A stretch of DNA of 64,000 nt from a virus, in the IMG/VR virus record IMGVR_UViG_3300036770_008166, positions 32,001 through 96,000 of that record; one strand, given 5' to 3'. Position numbers and translations under genes: made by a program. Shown piece after piece: positions 19,333 through 29,113 of this stretch. The first letter of the stretch is position 1; every line of letters begins with the position of its first letter. The notes beneath the pieces were generated by a model, which saw only the letters and a program-made list of their open reading frames with translations, was not told the origin of the DNA and ran no database searches.

Positions 19333-20158
19333 GTCCCATCTCTTTTCTTATCTTCGTGGCGGAAATAGCGTGTGTAGCATCGTCAAATCTTTCTTGCTCT
19401 ATCCGGTAACCCACGTCTCTACCGTAAGTTATATTGACGATGTTGGGCACTACCTGGATCTCATATTGTCCTTGATAGAGAGGGTCCAGGTCTCGCCTGA
19501 TAGCGTCTTTTACTGTAGACCACGAAAAAGGATTTGACTGATTCCAGCCCTGGCAATCACGGATCATGATACAGACTTGTCCGGTTTTCGCTATGGCTCG
19601 CTCAAACAATGCCCTGTGGCCGGCATGCCAAGGTTGCCAGCGACCCAACATCTGTACAGTTTCTTTCTTCCAGTCAAACACCGGCCTGCGGCGCCGTTCC
19701 AGGATATGCTCGCCCACGAATTCTGCCCACTTCTCGGCACGCTGTTCCGTGATGCGGAAGTCATACACTTCAGGTGGCACAAACATTCGGTTTGTGTCCA
19801 CAAATCTGCCAGCATCAATGGTATCCATCCATATAGTCCAATCGGCTTTGAAATTGTGACGCATCTCGGCCAAGGGTGCCACGAAGTCCACTACAACAAA
19901 ATCGGCCCAACTTTTGCCTGCCAATTCACGCATGCGATGGCTCTGACGTATGCGACCGTCTTGGCTGAAATCCCAGTCATTGAATCTTTGCCGGACCTCG
20001 TCGGCATTGAACCGTTCCACTGTTGCTCGACTGTCAAATAGACTTTCAGACTCGGAATGGTAAAAATCACTGTGAGCCTCGAGATATTGTTTGAGGTGGT
20101 CCGCAAAATAGGTTTTACCTGATCCTGGCAGACCCATTACTAGTATTTTTTGTGTCAT
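19325..20158 (-). CDS. fusion of an adenylylsulfate-kinase-like P-loop domain and an HxGH nucleotidyltransferase-like domain
   Basis: GLPGSGKT, NADEVR...DFS..GRIRQ, DFVAP in the N-terminal half; LGRWQPWHAGH and ISATKIR in the C-terminal half. Confidence 0.8.
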   Translation of the reverse strand: MTQKILVMGLPGSGKTYFADHLKQYLEAHSDFYHSESESLFDSRATVERFNADEVRQRFNDWDFSQDGRIRQSHRMRELAGKSWADFVVVDFVAPLAEMRHNFKADWTIWMDTIDAGRFVDTNRMFVPPEVYDFRITEQRAEKWAEFVGEHILERRRRPVFDWKKETVQMLGRWQPWHAGHRALFERAIAKTGQVCIMIRDCQGWNQSNPFSWSTVKDAIRRDLDPLYQGQYEIQVVPNIVNITYGRDVGYRIEQERFDDATHAISATKIRKEMGLE

Positions 20159-21639
20159 GAAAATACCTTTACGTTATAAAGTTGTTGAAATTTGTCAGCA
20201 TCCTCGCGATCATTGACCATGGGTTCGCCACGGATGTTGAGGCTGGTGTTCAGCAGCATGGGACAACCAGTGAGCGCATACCAAGCTTCCAGCAGCCTTC
20301 GTATGCCAGATCCATCCTGCGGCACAGTCTGCACACGCGCTGTACCATCCGCATGCGTAATTGCTGGGAATGATCGCGCGTCTCGTACCCGGGCCACGGT
20401 CTGCATGTATCTGCTGGTGGTAAAACCGCGTGGCATGTCAAAATAGTCCGTGACATGCTCTTCCAGGATGGCAGGAGCGAAAGGTCGGAACTTTTGCCTG
20501 CGTTTGATCTCGTTCACTCGATCTTTGATTTCCGGTCCTCTGGGGTCTGCGAGCAGACTGCGATTGCCCAATGCGCGCGGACCAAACTCAGCACGGCCGC
20601 TAGCCACACCAGCAATAGCATGGGCACAGAGATGATCAACAACAGCACGCACAGGATAAGGCCCAGGGATATCATGGCCAAGATAAGCATGGCGCCACCT
20701 AAGTCTTCCGCCATGAGAAAGAGCCGCTGCGCCCAAGCTTGACCCTGCGTCTCCGGGGTTGGGCATGATCCAGATGTTTTCATAGATATCTCCTATTCTT
20801 GCGTTGGCCACACAGTTCAGGGCCACTCCGCCCATGTATACCAGATTATCACTGCTCACAAGGCTGCGGGCCCGTATCATGACATTGCGTATCATCTGTT
20901 CCGTGAGATGTTGTGCAGCCGCGGCCAAATCTTCGGGCTTGTAGAAATCAAGTTCGTACTCGTCAAATCCTATGTGCAGATTGCGTCGCATGGTCAGATC
21001 GATCATGCTTTCCACGCATTGATCTCGCAGCCAGGCAGTGCCGAGACCATTGCCATAGGCTGCCATGCCCATGGTGATGTATTCTTCTTCCATGGGTTTA
21101 AGTCCCACAGCCCGGGTTATGGCGCTGTAAAACAATCCAATGCTGTGCGGATAACCTTGGCGCCACACGCGCCGATAATGTGCGCGACCACGCTCATCAT
21201 ACCAGGCTCGAAATATACTGATGGTGTCCATCTCTCCGATGGCATCTATGACCACTACCGCAGCATCTCGGAACGGCGAAGTTTGGAATCCTGCAGCGGC
21301 ATGGCTGAGATGATGCGGCCACGAGCGTTCACGATTGGCCGCACGCTGATACCAGGCACCTAGATGCCGTCTGATGGCTTGACCGGTGGTCCAAGGACCA
21401 TACTGTCTCTGGCCGCTGCGCCATTGTTGCCAGTTGTGCAACCATGGACGTTCATAGAATGCCACATCGTTTATGTCAAAATCGCAGCATTCACGCAAAA
21501 GGTCTGGATGTATGTTTGGATCATTCTTGATCTTGCTGTATCTCTCTGAATGGCCGGCAAATAGGATATCCCCTCGATCACTCAGCACAGTCACGGCAGC
21601 ATCATGAAATCCTGCGCTGATGCCTAGTATGGTTTTCAT
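20155..21639 (-). CDS. O-carbamoyltransferase, NodU/CmcH/TobZ family
   Basis: HDAA, HHLSHAA, DAIGE, GGVALN, GDAG, EFGPRALGNRS, RPFAP, LLNTSLN. Confidence 0.93.
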   Translation of the reverse strand: MKTILGISAGFHDAAVTVLSDRGDILFAGHSERYSKIKNDPNIHPDLLRECCDFDINDVAFYERPWLHNWQQWRSGQRQYGPWTTGQAIRRHLGAWYQRAANRERSWPHHLSHAAAGFQTSPFRDAAVVVIDAIGEMDTISIFRAWYDERGRAHYRRVWRQGYPHSIGLFYSAITRAVGLKPMEEEYITMGMAAYGNGLGTAWLRDQCVESMIDLTMRRNLHIGFDEYELDFYKPEDLAAAAQHLTEQMIRNVMIRARSLVSSDNLVYMGGVALNCVANARIGDIYENIWIMPNPGDAGSSLGAAALSHGGRLRWRHAYLGHDIPGPYPVRAVVDHLCAHAIAGVASGRAEFGPRALGNRSLLADPRGPEIKDRVNEIKRRQKFRPFAPAILEEHVTDYFDMPRGFTTSRYMQTVARVRDARSFPAITHADGTARVQTVPQDGSGIRRLLEAWYALTGCPMLLNTSLNIRGEPMVNDREDADKFQQLYNVKVFS

Positions 21640-21777
21640 GTTGCAATCTTTTCATGATATGCTGTCTTTCTTGATCGCTATAACTGGTCCACGATGCGAT
21701 TTCTTGCAAGGTCTTTCCTCCACATCCGAGGCAACGATTGTTGGCATTTGAAAGAGCTTGATACACGACGTGATCAT
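21602..21777 (-). pseudogene. frameshifted DUF1289-like (Cys-rich) gene remnant
   Basis: ATG 21777 gives MITSCIKLFQ; an adjacent frame continues NNRCLGCGGKTLQEIASWTSYSDQERQHIMKRL, matching the DUF1289 pattern C.GC.RT..EI..W......R..I. Confidence 0.55.
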
Positions 21778-21875
21778 TTATAGATGAATGGATCTCGTTT
21801 GCGCAATTCCTTCAGTTTTTTGCGATACCGTATTTCAAGACGTATACGATCTATGATTTTTTTGATCCAATTCAT
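21774..21875 (-). CDS. 33-aa basic peptide MNWIKKIIDRIRLEIRYRKKLKELRKRDPFIYK (below the ORF-track cut-off)
   Basis: GAGGAG SD upstream and ATGA overlaps at both ends. Confidence 0.75.
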   Translation of the reverse strand: MNWIKKIIDRIRLEIRYRKKLKELRKRDPFIYK

Positions 21876-22957
21876 TTCTGTCTCCTCAGGGCCATTTCCT
21901 GTATTTGCCGATGCTGATAATCTCGATCACTCCAGTGATACGGATACTCGTTTGACGCATCATTGGTACGGATAGCCAACACGTCTGTGTAGTTAGTCAA
22001 CATTTGCACTATGGTTGCATGATCCTGGGTACCAAATGACGCTACAAGATCCACCTGGCCGATCTTGGGATGACCAATGGTGAGTTCTGGATCACCTGGA
22101 TCAAAACCATTGTGACTCAGCCAAGATCTAAAGTTTTGCAGCTGGGTTTGGCGCCACTCAAATTTTTGTGGATTCCGGCCCCATTCGATATCAAAGTCAC
22201 CCGCGGCTTCGGTCTGTCCACGCATGGTGGTACTGACCAATTCAGCAACGTTCCGTCCCTCATCACAGAAGACTTCCCAATGGTGTTTTCCAACAGCTTT
22301 GTTGACGCCAACATATACTGCTCCAGTATCGCGATTTAGGGTGCCAATACCGAACAGTTCAAAATCCTGTGAGTCAAGCGCAAATCTGGGTGCTTCTAGC
22401 CAACACATCAGTTGGCTAGGGCATAACCAATCTGGAGCTTCGCGCTGTTTTCGATAGCTCAGTGCCCAGGATTCAAATTCGTGACACAACAAATTCAACT
22501 GTCTGATATGCCATCTGGTGTCATCGTTGGCACGTAGATAAAATTTGCTGGGATTGCCACTGATACCTTGTAGATCTTCGAAATATCGATGCAACCAGTT
22601 AAGACGATCTTGTATGACGTTTCTACCGCAGGCACGTCCGTACCTGGGATCATCACTTATGGTGTTGGCCAGTAAAAATTCATCATCAATGCGATACCCT
22701 ATGTCAGCTTGGTTGATGGCCTGGATGCTCTGATTGATCCGGTCACAGATGAACGCACCATTTCTATCACTGTCTGGGAACCCCATGAAGCAAAAATTTT
22801 TTTCAAGATGGAAATTATCTCGCAACAAATGATTCAAAGCCTGCAACCATTTGCCGGCCAGAGAATTATCTGCAACATCTATGAAAATCGACAGTGGCAC
22901 CGACTGCCTATTACGCAGCACCATTTCGATTCTATCTAATGTTTTGCCACCATCCAT
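21872..22957 (-). CDS. hypothetical protein with two His/Glu motifs (LHRYFE, CHEFE)
   Basis: Long ORF within the operon; ATG 22957 chosen as start to minimise overlap. Confidence 0.7.
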   Translation of the reverse strand: MDGGKTLDRIEMVLRNRQSVPLSIFIDVADNSLAGKWLQALNHLLRDNFHLEKNFCFMGFPDSDRNGAFICDRINQSIQAINQADIGYRIDDEFLLANTISDDPRYGRACGRNVIQDRLNWLHRYFEDLQGISGNPSKFYLRANDDTRWHIRQLNLLCHEFESWALSYRKQREAPDWLCPSQLMCWLEAPRFALDSQDFELFGIGTLNRDTGAVYVGVNKAVGKHHWEVFCDEGRNVAELVSTTMRGQTEAAGDFDIEWGRNPQKFEWRQTQLQNFRSWLSHNGFDPGDPELTIGHPKIGQVDLVASFGTQDHATIVQMLTNYTDVLAIRTNDASNEYPYHWSDRDYQHRQIQEMALRRQK

Positions 22958-24263
22958 ATATGTCCTGATCTTGTTGTAAAATATCTTGCATGGTATATCG
23001 GTCATCGCGGATCGACTCTAGCCGCAAAATCCGGGCTTTGCCTCGACGCAATGCCTGCTCATAATCATGGGGCCATTGTTCTGCGAAGGTAGGTCGTGTT
23101 TTCAATTGCTGTAGGGTATCACGCAGGGCACCCGTGACATAGGCCGACAACGAATCTACTTTTTGATCCAGCACGGTCCTGGGCAAGGCCAACGGACTCA
23201 AGATGATGTCGGGTGAAAAACTGAATATGACCTTGCTTAACACATCAACACCAAACCGCTGAGCCAGTGCCTGTACGTTCCTGACTTCGAACAGACCTGG
23301 CAAAGTCAGGGTAAAATCGATCCTCATCTGCCGGGGGGATTTTTGTTGGTCCACGCCTCGTTGGAAATTCTCACACCAGTGCGCAAAATCAAGCCCTGTG
23401 CGTATATATTCACCTGTTGCTCCGGTTCCGTCGAGGCTGGCACAGATCTGCCAGTCCCGTAAATGCGAGAGAATATCCTGGTAAAGATCCAGGCCGCGAT
23501 AGCGCACACGGCTAAGATTAGTGTTGTAACGAGCATAAACATTGGCACCATCCCCCAGTTCTATTATGCGGCGCATGTACCGCCAGTGCTGTTCATACAT
23601 CAAGGGTTCGCCGCCTACCCAGTACACTTCTTCCACACGATGCTGTTCTACTGCTTCAGCAAATTCTTGTTCGACCTGTGTGTCTTGGAATTTGCTGATT
23701 TGGTCTCGCACTTCGGGCATCATCCAGGCATTCTTAGGATTGCTCCAGTCGATCATGTCATGCTGACGTTGTTCACTCTCCCAAGCGCTGCTCAACATGT
23801 CCCCGCACATGCGACATTTGAAATTACAAAGATTTGAGAAACGATAGTCCCAACTCACTGGCAACATGGTTGTATAACCATCTGGTTCGGTAGCTGCCAT
23901 GGCATCATGATATTTGTGGTCGAACAGACGATTAAAATACGTGCGATATACATCGGTATTGAGCAGTTTGTTGTTGCACACATCGCATTCGGGCAATGTT
24001 TCACCTGCCATCATGCGACGACGCACACTGCGCATATGATCGCTGTTCCAATGTTGCACGAGAGTCATGGGGTGATATCGACCCGTGCCAGATTCAGTAT
24101 CAATGTATTGACGGAAATTCTGCGCTGGCTCACGACTGGCACAGCACATTCTACGCTCGGTCTGGGGGCTGAGATAGGTATGTGTCCAGGGTGCCATGCA
24201 CAGAGTTTCGGGTCTACTGGCTGTCAAAGTCGTATCCGTATATCTTGGCCAGCTCGGGCTCAA
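22932..24263 (-). CDS. radical SAM enzyme with N-terminal twitch/SPASM-like Cys domain
   Basis: CMAPW...MCC...CDVC, then CNFKCRMC, GGEP, YNTN; start may be TTG 24227. Confidence 0.88.
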   Translation of the reverse strand: MSPSWPRYTDTTLTASRPETLCMAPWTHTYLSPQTERRMCCASREPAQNFRQYIDTESGTGRYHPMTLVQHWNSDHMRSVRRRMMAGETLPECDVCNNKLLNTDVYRTYFNRLFDHKYHDAMAATEPDGYTTMLPVSWDYRFSNLCNFKCRMCGDMLSSAWESEQRQHDMIDWSNPKNAWMMPEVRDQISKFQDTQVEQEFAEAVEQHRVEEVYWVGGEPLMYEQHWRYMRRIIELGDGANVYARYNTNLSRVRYRGLDLYQDILSHLRDWQICASLDGTGATGEYIRTGLDFAHWCENFQRGVDQQKSPRQMRIDFTLTLPGLFEVRNVQALAQRFGVDVLSKVIFSFSPDIILSPLALPRTVLDQKVDSLSAYVTGALRDTLQQLKTRPTFAEQWPHDYEQALRRGKARILRLESIRDDRYTMQDILQQDQDIYGWWQNIR

Positions 24264-25434
24264 CTAGGGCCATGTTCTGATTCCGTTTGCGATCTAGATC
24301 GCGTATCTTCATGCGCAGCATGAAGCCATCGGTACTGGCACCGGCCTGCATGAAGTCTATCACACGATCAAATTCTGCTTTGAACTGTTCCGGTACAGCA
24401 GACGATCTAATTTTGTGTTCGATAAGTTTTTTAGCATGATCAGGTAATGTAGCGATACTGAAATACCATGCATCATGCATCATGTTCCAGTGAACGAAAT
24501 CAAACTGTTGCTGCTGTGCCCATTCGGCAAACTCCGGCAAATAAAAAACATTGAACACATTGATGGTGCAGCACGCCTGCAATGTAATGTTGTTTGATCG
24601 GGCCTTGAGTTCCTGAAACCGGTGTATGTTGTCGAGCACCACGGACCACTCAGCATTGGTGCGTTGATATTCAAATCGCTTGCCGAGATCGTCAAGGCTG
24701 AATGCTATTTCTACCAGGCGGAAATGCGGCCAGATCTCTAGAGCTTGCTGGGGGAAATGTGTGCCATTGGTGTTGTAATGTATCTCGATGTTGCCGGCAA
24801 CACCTTGGTCCACCAGGCTTTTCAACATGTCGAAATGTTCGGATATCATGAAAGGCTCGCCACCGGTAAATTCGATGTATTTTATGTCCTTGGATATTCG
24901 TGCAATCTCGGGCCAAAAATCTGAATTCTCGCGCGGCCAGGCCCCGGCTCTGAGCATCTGATAAGCGAAGGATTTTTTCCTATCGGCATCTGGCGGCATA
25001 TCATTGATTTCTTCTGCGGCAATCTGGCTGCTGCTCCATGAACCACAGATGCGGCATTTGAGATTGCAGATATTGCCCAGTTTAAGATCAAGAAACATCA
25101 AGGGCTTGGCCTCGGTGCTCCACTCTTGATCAGTGATCATGTGCTTGAGTCTGTCCAGAGTGTGCATGCGCTTGCTGGTACGACCCGAGCGTTCTTCGTT
25201 CCAGCATTTTCGACAGGTCTGGGGGCGTTGGCCGGCCAAGAACTGCGATCTAAGATTTTGCATGTAGGCACTGTTGCGGATACGATCAAATTGAGTATTC
25301 TGCAGTTGGAACTTGTTGCCATCTTCGTCGGTGATTTCGTCATCGGTCAAACAGCAAGGCCTCACTGTGCCGATGGGGCTGGCCTCTAGGCTGACCCAGG
25401 GCAGAACACAGAATTTATCGTTGGGCAGTTTCAT
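24214..25434 (-). CDS. radical SAM enzyme with N-terminal twitch/SPASM-like Cys domain
   Basis: CVLPW...PCC...CRKC, then CNLKCRIC, GGEP, YNTNG. Confidence 0.9.
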   Translation of the reverse strand: MKLPNDKFCVLPWVSLEASPIGTVRPCCLTDDEITDEDGNKFQLQNTQFDRIRNSAYMQNLRSQFLAGQRPQTCRKCWNEERSGRTSKRMHTLDRLKHMITDQEWSTEAKPLMFLDLKLGNICNLKCRICGSWSSSQIAAEEINDMPPDADRKKSFAYQMLRAGAWPRENSDFWPEIARISKDIKYIEFTGGEPFMISEHFDMLKSLVDQGVAGNIEIHYNTNGTHFPQQALEIWPHFRLVEIAFSLDDLGKRFEYQRTNAEWSVVLDNIHRFQELKARSNNITLQACCTINVFNVFYLPEFAEWAQQQQFDFVHWNMMHDAWYFSIATLPDHAKKLIEHKIRSSAVPEQFKAEFDRVIDFMQAGASTDGFMLRMKIRDLDRKRNQNMALVEPELAKIYGYDFDSQ

Positions 25435-26690
25435 AACAAGGCCTCTAGCTCCGGTACAGCATCACGCCAGTTTTCACGGCGTAGATTATCTAATTGATTG
25501 GTCTTTTTCCAAAATGTTTCCAGCAACCTGGTGTTATCTGTGGCCATGAGAAAATTGATCGAGGATTCGAACCCCACAGTGGCACGAGTAAGTCGGTCCT
25601 GAGGTCTCAGCCATTCCAGATGCTCTTCAAATTTGACACGTAATCTCTGTTTGTATTTCATGGGTGCGATATCTATGCGATAATGCACCGGATCTTGCAA
25701 AAGATTCACATTGAGATCTTGTGCCCGTATCAATCCACGTTCTGTCCAAGCTCGATGAAAGTCCGGCAGGTGCCAAGCATTCATGATTGACAGCGTAGGA
25801 GAGATATAAAAATCTACGTTGGGGCACATATCCAGCATCCTGCGACGATTATCCTCTACCACTACCCAGTCCGTACCCTTGCGGATGTATTCGGCTCTTG
25901 GTCCCATGGCGTCCAGACTGGCTCCAACTGCCACGCTGTGGAATTTCCGCCAGTAATCAAACACCGAACGCTCTTTGAGTTTCGTCTGTGTGAAGTTGGT
26001 ATTGTAGATCAAGCGTACATCAAATCGTTCTCTGCGTTCCAGTTCTTCCAGGATGCGATAGTGCTCGTCCATCATGAGAGGTTCGCCGCCAGCGAAATAG
26101 ATCTGTTCCACATAGTCAATGTGGGGCAACAACTGTTCCCACATGTCGGTCTCTGTCTGTCCGGCATAGTTCAAGGGAACATTGTTGCCGCGCCATTCTG
26201 GTCCGGCCAATCGTGCTTGATCCTGATACCACGAACTGGAAAAAATATGACCACAACTGCGACAACGTAGATTGCAGAGATTACTGAAGCGTATGTCCCA
26301 ATAGGTCATCTCGAACGGAGTGGTAGACAATTTCTTGATGTGATGTCCATGATGCTTGTTGGCACTGCGTCGTCCGCTGAAGAAACCCGACTGCTCTTGT
26401 TCGTAGCATCTGGTGCAGGCAGCATTAGGCGTTTCTGATAGCATGTCCTGCCGCAACTTTTTCATGGCGTCGCCATGCCATATCTCCTCCAATGTGTTTT
26501 CTTTGCAGTGTCCTACTGGGTATGCCATTTCGGCGTGGCAACAAGGATAGGCTTCCCCAGTGGGATAGGCATGAAGGTGTATCCAGGGATAGATACAGAA
26601 TGTTTTGGATTTTTTTAGCAGGAACTCTTCGCGTTCGGTGAGTTCTATGGGTTTCACTAAATCACTGCTGTTGTAATTATAAGCTATCAT
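25431..26690 (-). CDS. radical SAM enzyme with N-terminal twitch/SPASM-like Cys domain
   Basis: CIYPW...PCC...CTRC, then CNLRCRSC, GGEP, YNTN. Confidence 0.9.
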   Translation of the reverse strand: MIAYNYNSSDLVKPIELTEREEFLLKKSKTFCIYPWIHLHAYPTGEAYPCCHAEMAYPVGHCKENTLEEIWHGDAMKKLRQDMLSETPNAACTRCYEQEQSGFFSGRRSANKHHGHHIKKLSTTPFEMTYWDIRFSNLCNLRCRSCGHIFSSSWYQDQARLAGPEWRGNNVPLNYAGQTETDMWEQLLPHIDYVEQIYFAGGEPLMMDEHYRILEELERRERFDVRLIYNTNFTQTKLKERSVFDYWRKFHSVAVGASLDAMGPRAEYIRKGTDWVVVEDNRRRMLDMCPNVDFYISPTLSIMNAWHLPDFHRAWTERGLIRAQDLNVNLLQDPVHYRIDIAPMKYKQRLRVKFEEHLEWLRPQDRLTRATVGFESSINFLMATDNTRLLETFWKKTNQLDNLRRENWRDAVPELEALL

Positions 26691-28017
26691 ACCATTCTTT
26701 CAGTCGGGGAAACGTAGACGTGAAATCTTTGTCTCTGCGATTGTCATACTGCTGATAGAACTCCCTGAAATCATTATGCAGTTTCGGCATTTCAAACGCG
26801 TCCGAATGTGGAGTTTTCACAGTGTCAAGATAGTCTATCAAACGTTGCACATGATTGATCTCGTGCTCCTGTAATACAGGATCATCGCGATTGAGCTCCA
26901 GCCAGGTTATGAGATTGATACGATGACGATCTCGTATCTCTCTTGGCAGCACCAACGGGCTCTGGAAGCTGGGAAAACGCAGGATGTTCAAGGTAAAGTT
27001 CACCCGATTCCGGCCGTAGATTTTTTTCAACAGCAACAGGTGGTCGAGATATTCGGGGAGGCTTTCCAAACACAGCGCATTGATGGTACACATGCTGTGT
27101 ACTGCCCGCACAGGTGAATCCTCTGCCATGAGGATGTTCTGCACATTGTGATTCCAGGTCTGCCAATCCAGACCATCTCGGATGTATTCGGCCTGATCAC
27201 CTACAGCTTCATTAGAGGTGTAGATATCTAGTTCGATTCCCTGGCAGCTGTCCAGGAGCCTCTGCACTGTGCTCCAATCCAGGCTGAGATTACTATTGAT
27301 AGCAAGACGCGTCTTGCTTCGGCCAGGATTCGCGCGGAACCAGTCCAGGAGCTGCCAGGTGTAGCCAGACATGAGAGGTTCCCCACCGGTGATACGCAGT
27401 TCCTCCAGCGTGCGATGAAGATCGGTTTCCCACCACGCAAAGAAAGCATCCACGTACGGATTAGGTTCTCCAAAACGAAAAAGTTGAGCACTATCATGAC
27501 TGTGAGTGAAATGGTTTCGGCCATCAGAAATGAGATTCTGGTAGGGTCCACGGTTCCTGATGTCCTTAACCCATGTGCTAGAAAAAGCAGGATTACAGTA
27601 AGAGCAAGCGAGCTGGCAAGTGCGATCAAAGCTGATCTCCAGGGTCTTGAGATCGATATCCTGATCTGCTGGCGTGCCAGCAGCCTCGCGTAGGTCATGT
27701 ATTTCATAGATCTTTGATTTATATATGCGATCGCTCACAGCATCGCGGCCCATGTCTTCGATCTTCCAGCAGTATTCGCAACCAGCAGGTCTACGCCCGG
27801 CCTGCATGTCCGCTCGATCCTGTTTCTTTTGTGGTGTATTGTGCAGCAGTCGAGGATTGGTTTTCACTGCTTCGAGGTCCACCTGGTGTGCCGGTGGATG
27901 ATGGCAGCTGGTGGTCTGACCAGAACCCAGCCAGATAGTGGCATTGTACCATTTGGCTGCGCAGAAACTGGCGGAGATAGGATCCAGCACCTGCTGGCGG
28001 AATTCAATGTCTTGCAT
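26677..28017 (-). CDS. radical SAM enzyme with N-terminal Cys/His domain (subtype B)
   Basis: CAAKW...SCHHPP...CEYCW, then CQLACSYC, GGEP. Confidence 0.9.
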   Translation of the reverse strand: MQDIEFRQQVLDPISASFCAAKWYNATIWLGSGQTTSCHHPPAHQVDLEAVKTNPRLLHNTPQKKQDRADMQAGRRPAGCEYCWKIEDMGRDAVSDRIYKSKIYEIHDLREAAGTPADQDIDLKTLEISFDRTCQLACSYCNPAFSSTWVKDIRNRGPYQNLISDGRNHFTHSHDSAQLFRFGEPNPYVDAFFAWWETDLHRTLEELRITGGEPLMSGYTWQLLDWFRANPGRSKTRLAINSNLSLDWSTVQRLLDSCQGIELDIYTSNEAVGDQAEYIRDGLDWQTWNHNVQNILMAEDSPVRAVHSMCTINALCLESLPEYLDHLLLLKKIYGRNRVNFTLNILRFPSFQSPLVLPREIRDRHRINLITWLELNRDDPVLQEHEINHVQRLIDYLDTVKTPHSDAFEMPKLHNDFREFYQQYDNRRDKDFTSTFPRLKEWYDSL

Positions 28018-29113
28018 CTAGGAAATCAATGATTGTTTGGGGTAAAATTGCGCGCTCTCTTTGATTGTGATAGCGCAAGTGCTGTTGGTTATATTTACAG
28101 GTTTCCTCAGTAGCGTCCAAAAAACTGGCAGCACCATTGGACACGATGTCTTTGATCACTTTCACAATGTCTTGCATACGCTGCTCTGGATCTGTGACAG
28201 AATCGAAACTTTCGTCAATCAGATGTCCAAATGTGCGAAATCCTGCACGGTGCAGATCGCGATAATATCCGGCATTGGCCGCTACCACAAAGGGATGCGC
28301 CATAATCATGGGTTTCCAGATTTTTTCGGTGCGAAATGTGTAAGGATAATCGTAAATGGTTTCCGTGACTACACTGAAATAGGTATCGGTATAAGCCTGC
28401 GGATTGATTATGGCATCACCCCATGTGTTATTGAACAGTTGGTGCTTGACAAATCCACCATCTAGTAGATTTGCAGTGAGATTAGGGCGAGCTCGTTCTA
28501 TTTCGTATTCAGGCGGGAGCAAACGTATTGGTTCGAGTTTTGTAGTTTGCAATGTGCTGGTAAATTGCATCTCTACACGACTGCCAAGATTGGTCCACAG
28601 CGCTCGCTGCAAGAGTCCCTGATCTCGTAGCACATCGATGAGATATTTCCTGTGTGGGCGCAAACGACCATTAAGAAACAGGAAATCATAAGGTCGGCCA
28701 TGGCCGTGACGAACATCCTGTTGTGCAGCCGCGAGATTTTCTGTGTACTCACAAATATTGCTGAAATAACAATCGGTTTTGATGTAGTCAAATTCGCATG
28801 CCATGTCTCCCGATGTTAACAGCAAGATCTGCCCCGCACGCACCAGATTTTCTATCCTTAGTCGCTGGAGTTGCAAAAGCACAGTTTCGCTTCCTTCGGC
28901 AGGATTACAAAACACGATGCGTCCTGGATATCGCTCTGCGAGCTCACACACTCGATACCAATTTTCTTTGATTTGTACGCGACCTAGTATGGTCACGCTA
29001 TCAGCATCGAATTCCAGTTCAGAAAACCGCCAAAATTCAACATCGGCGTAGTGTTTGAGTAAATCGTAGACTTCACTCCATTGATCTAACACAATGCGAT
29101 GATTACCTAGCAT
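28004..29113 (-). CDS. GT10-like putative glycosyltransferase, paralogue 4
   Basis: FLFLNGR.RPHR, VVTETIY...TEKIWKPM...PF...GFRTF...DESFD; start at ATG 29113. Confidence 0.6.
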   Translation of the reverse strand: MLGNHRIVLDQWSEVYDLLKHYADVEFWRFSELEFDADSVTILGRVQIKENWYRVCELAERYPGRIVFCNPAEGSETVLLQLQRLRIENLVRAGQILLLTSGDMACEFDYIKTDCYFSNICEYTENLAAAQQDVRHGHGRPYDFLFLNGRLRPHRKYLIDVLRDQGLLQRALWTNLGSRVEMQFTSTLQTTKLEPIRLLPPEYEIERARPNLTANLLDGGFVKHQLFNNTWGDAIINPQAYTDTYFSVVTETIYDYPYTFRTEKIWKPMIMAHPFVVAANAGYYRDLHRAGFRTFGHLIDESFDSVTDPEQRMQDIVKVIKDIVSNGAASFLDATEETCKYNQQHLRYHNQRERAILPQTIIDFLDARH

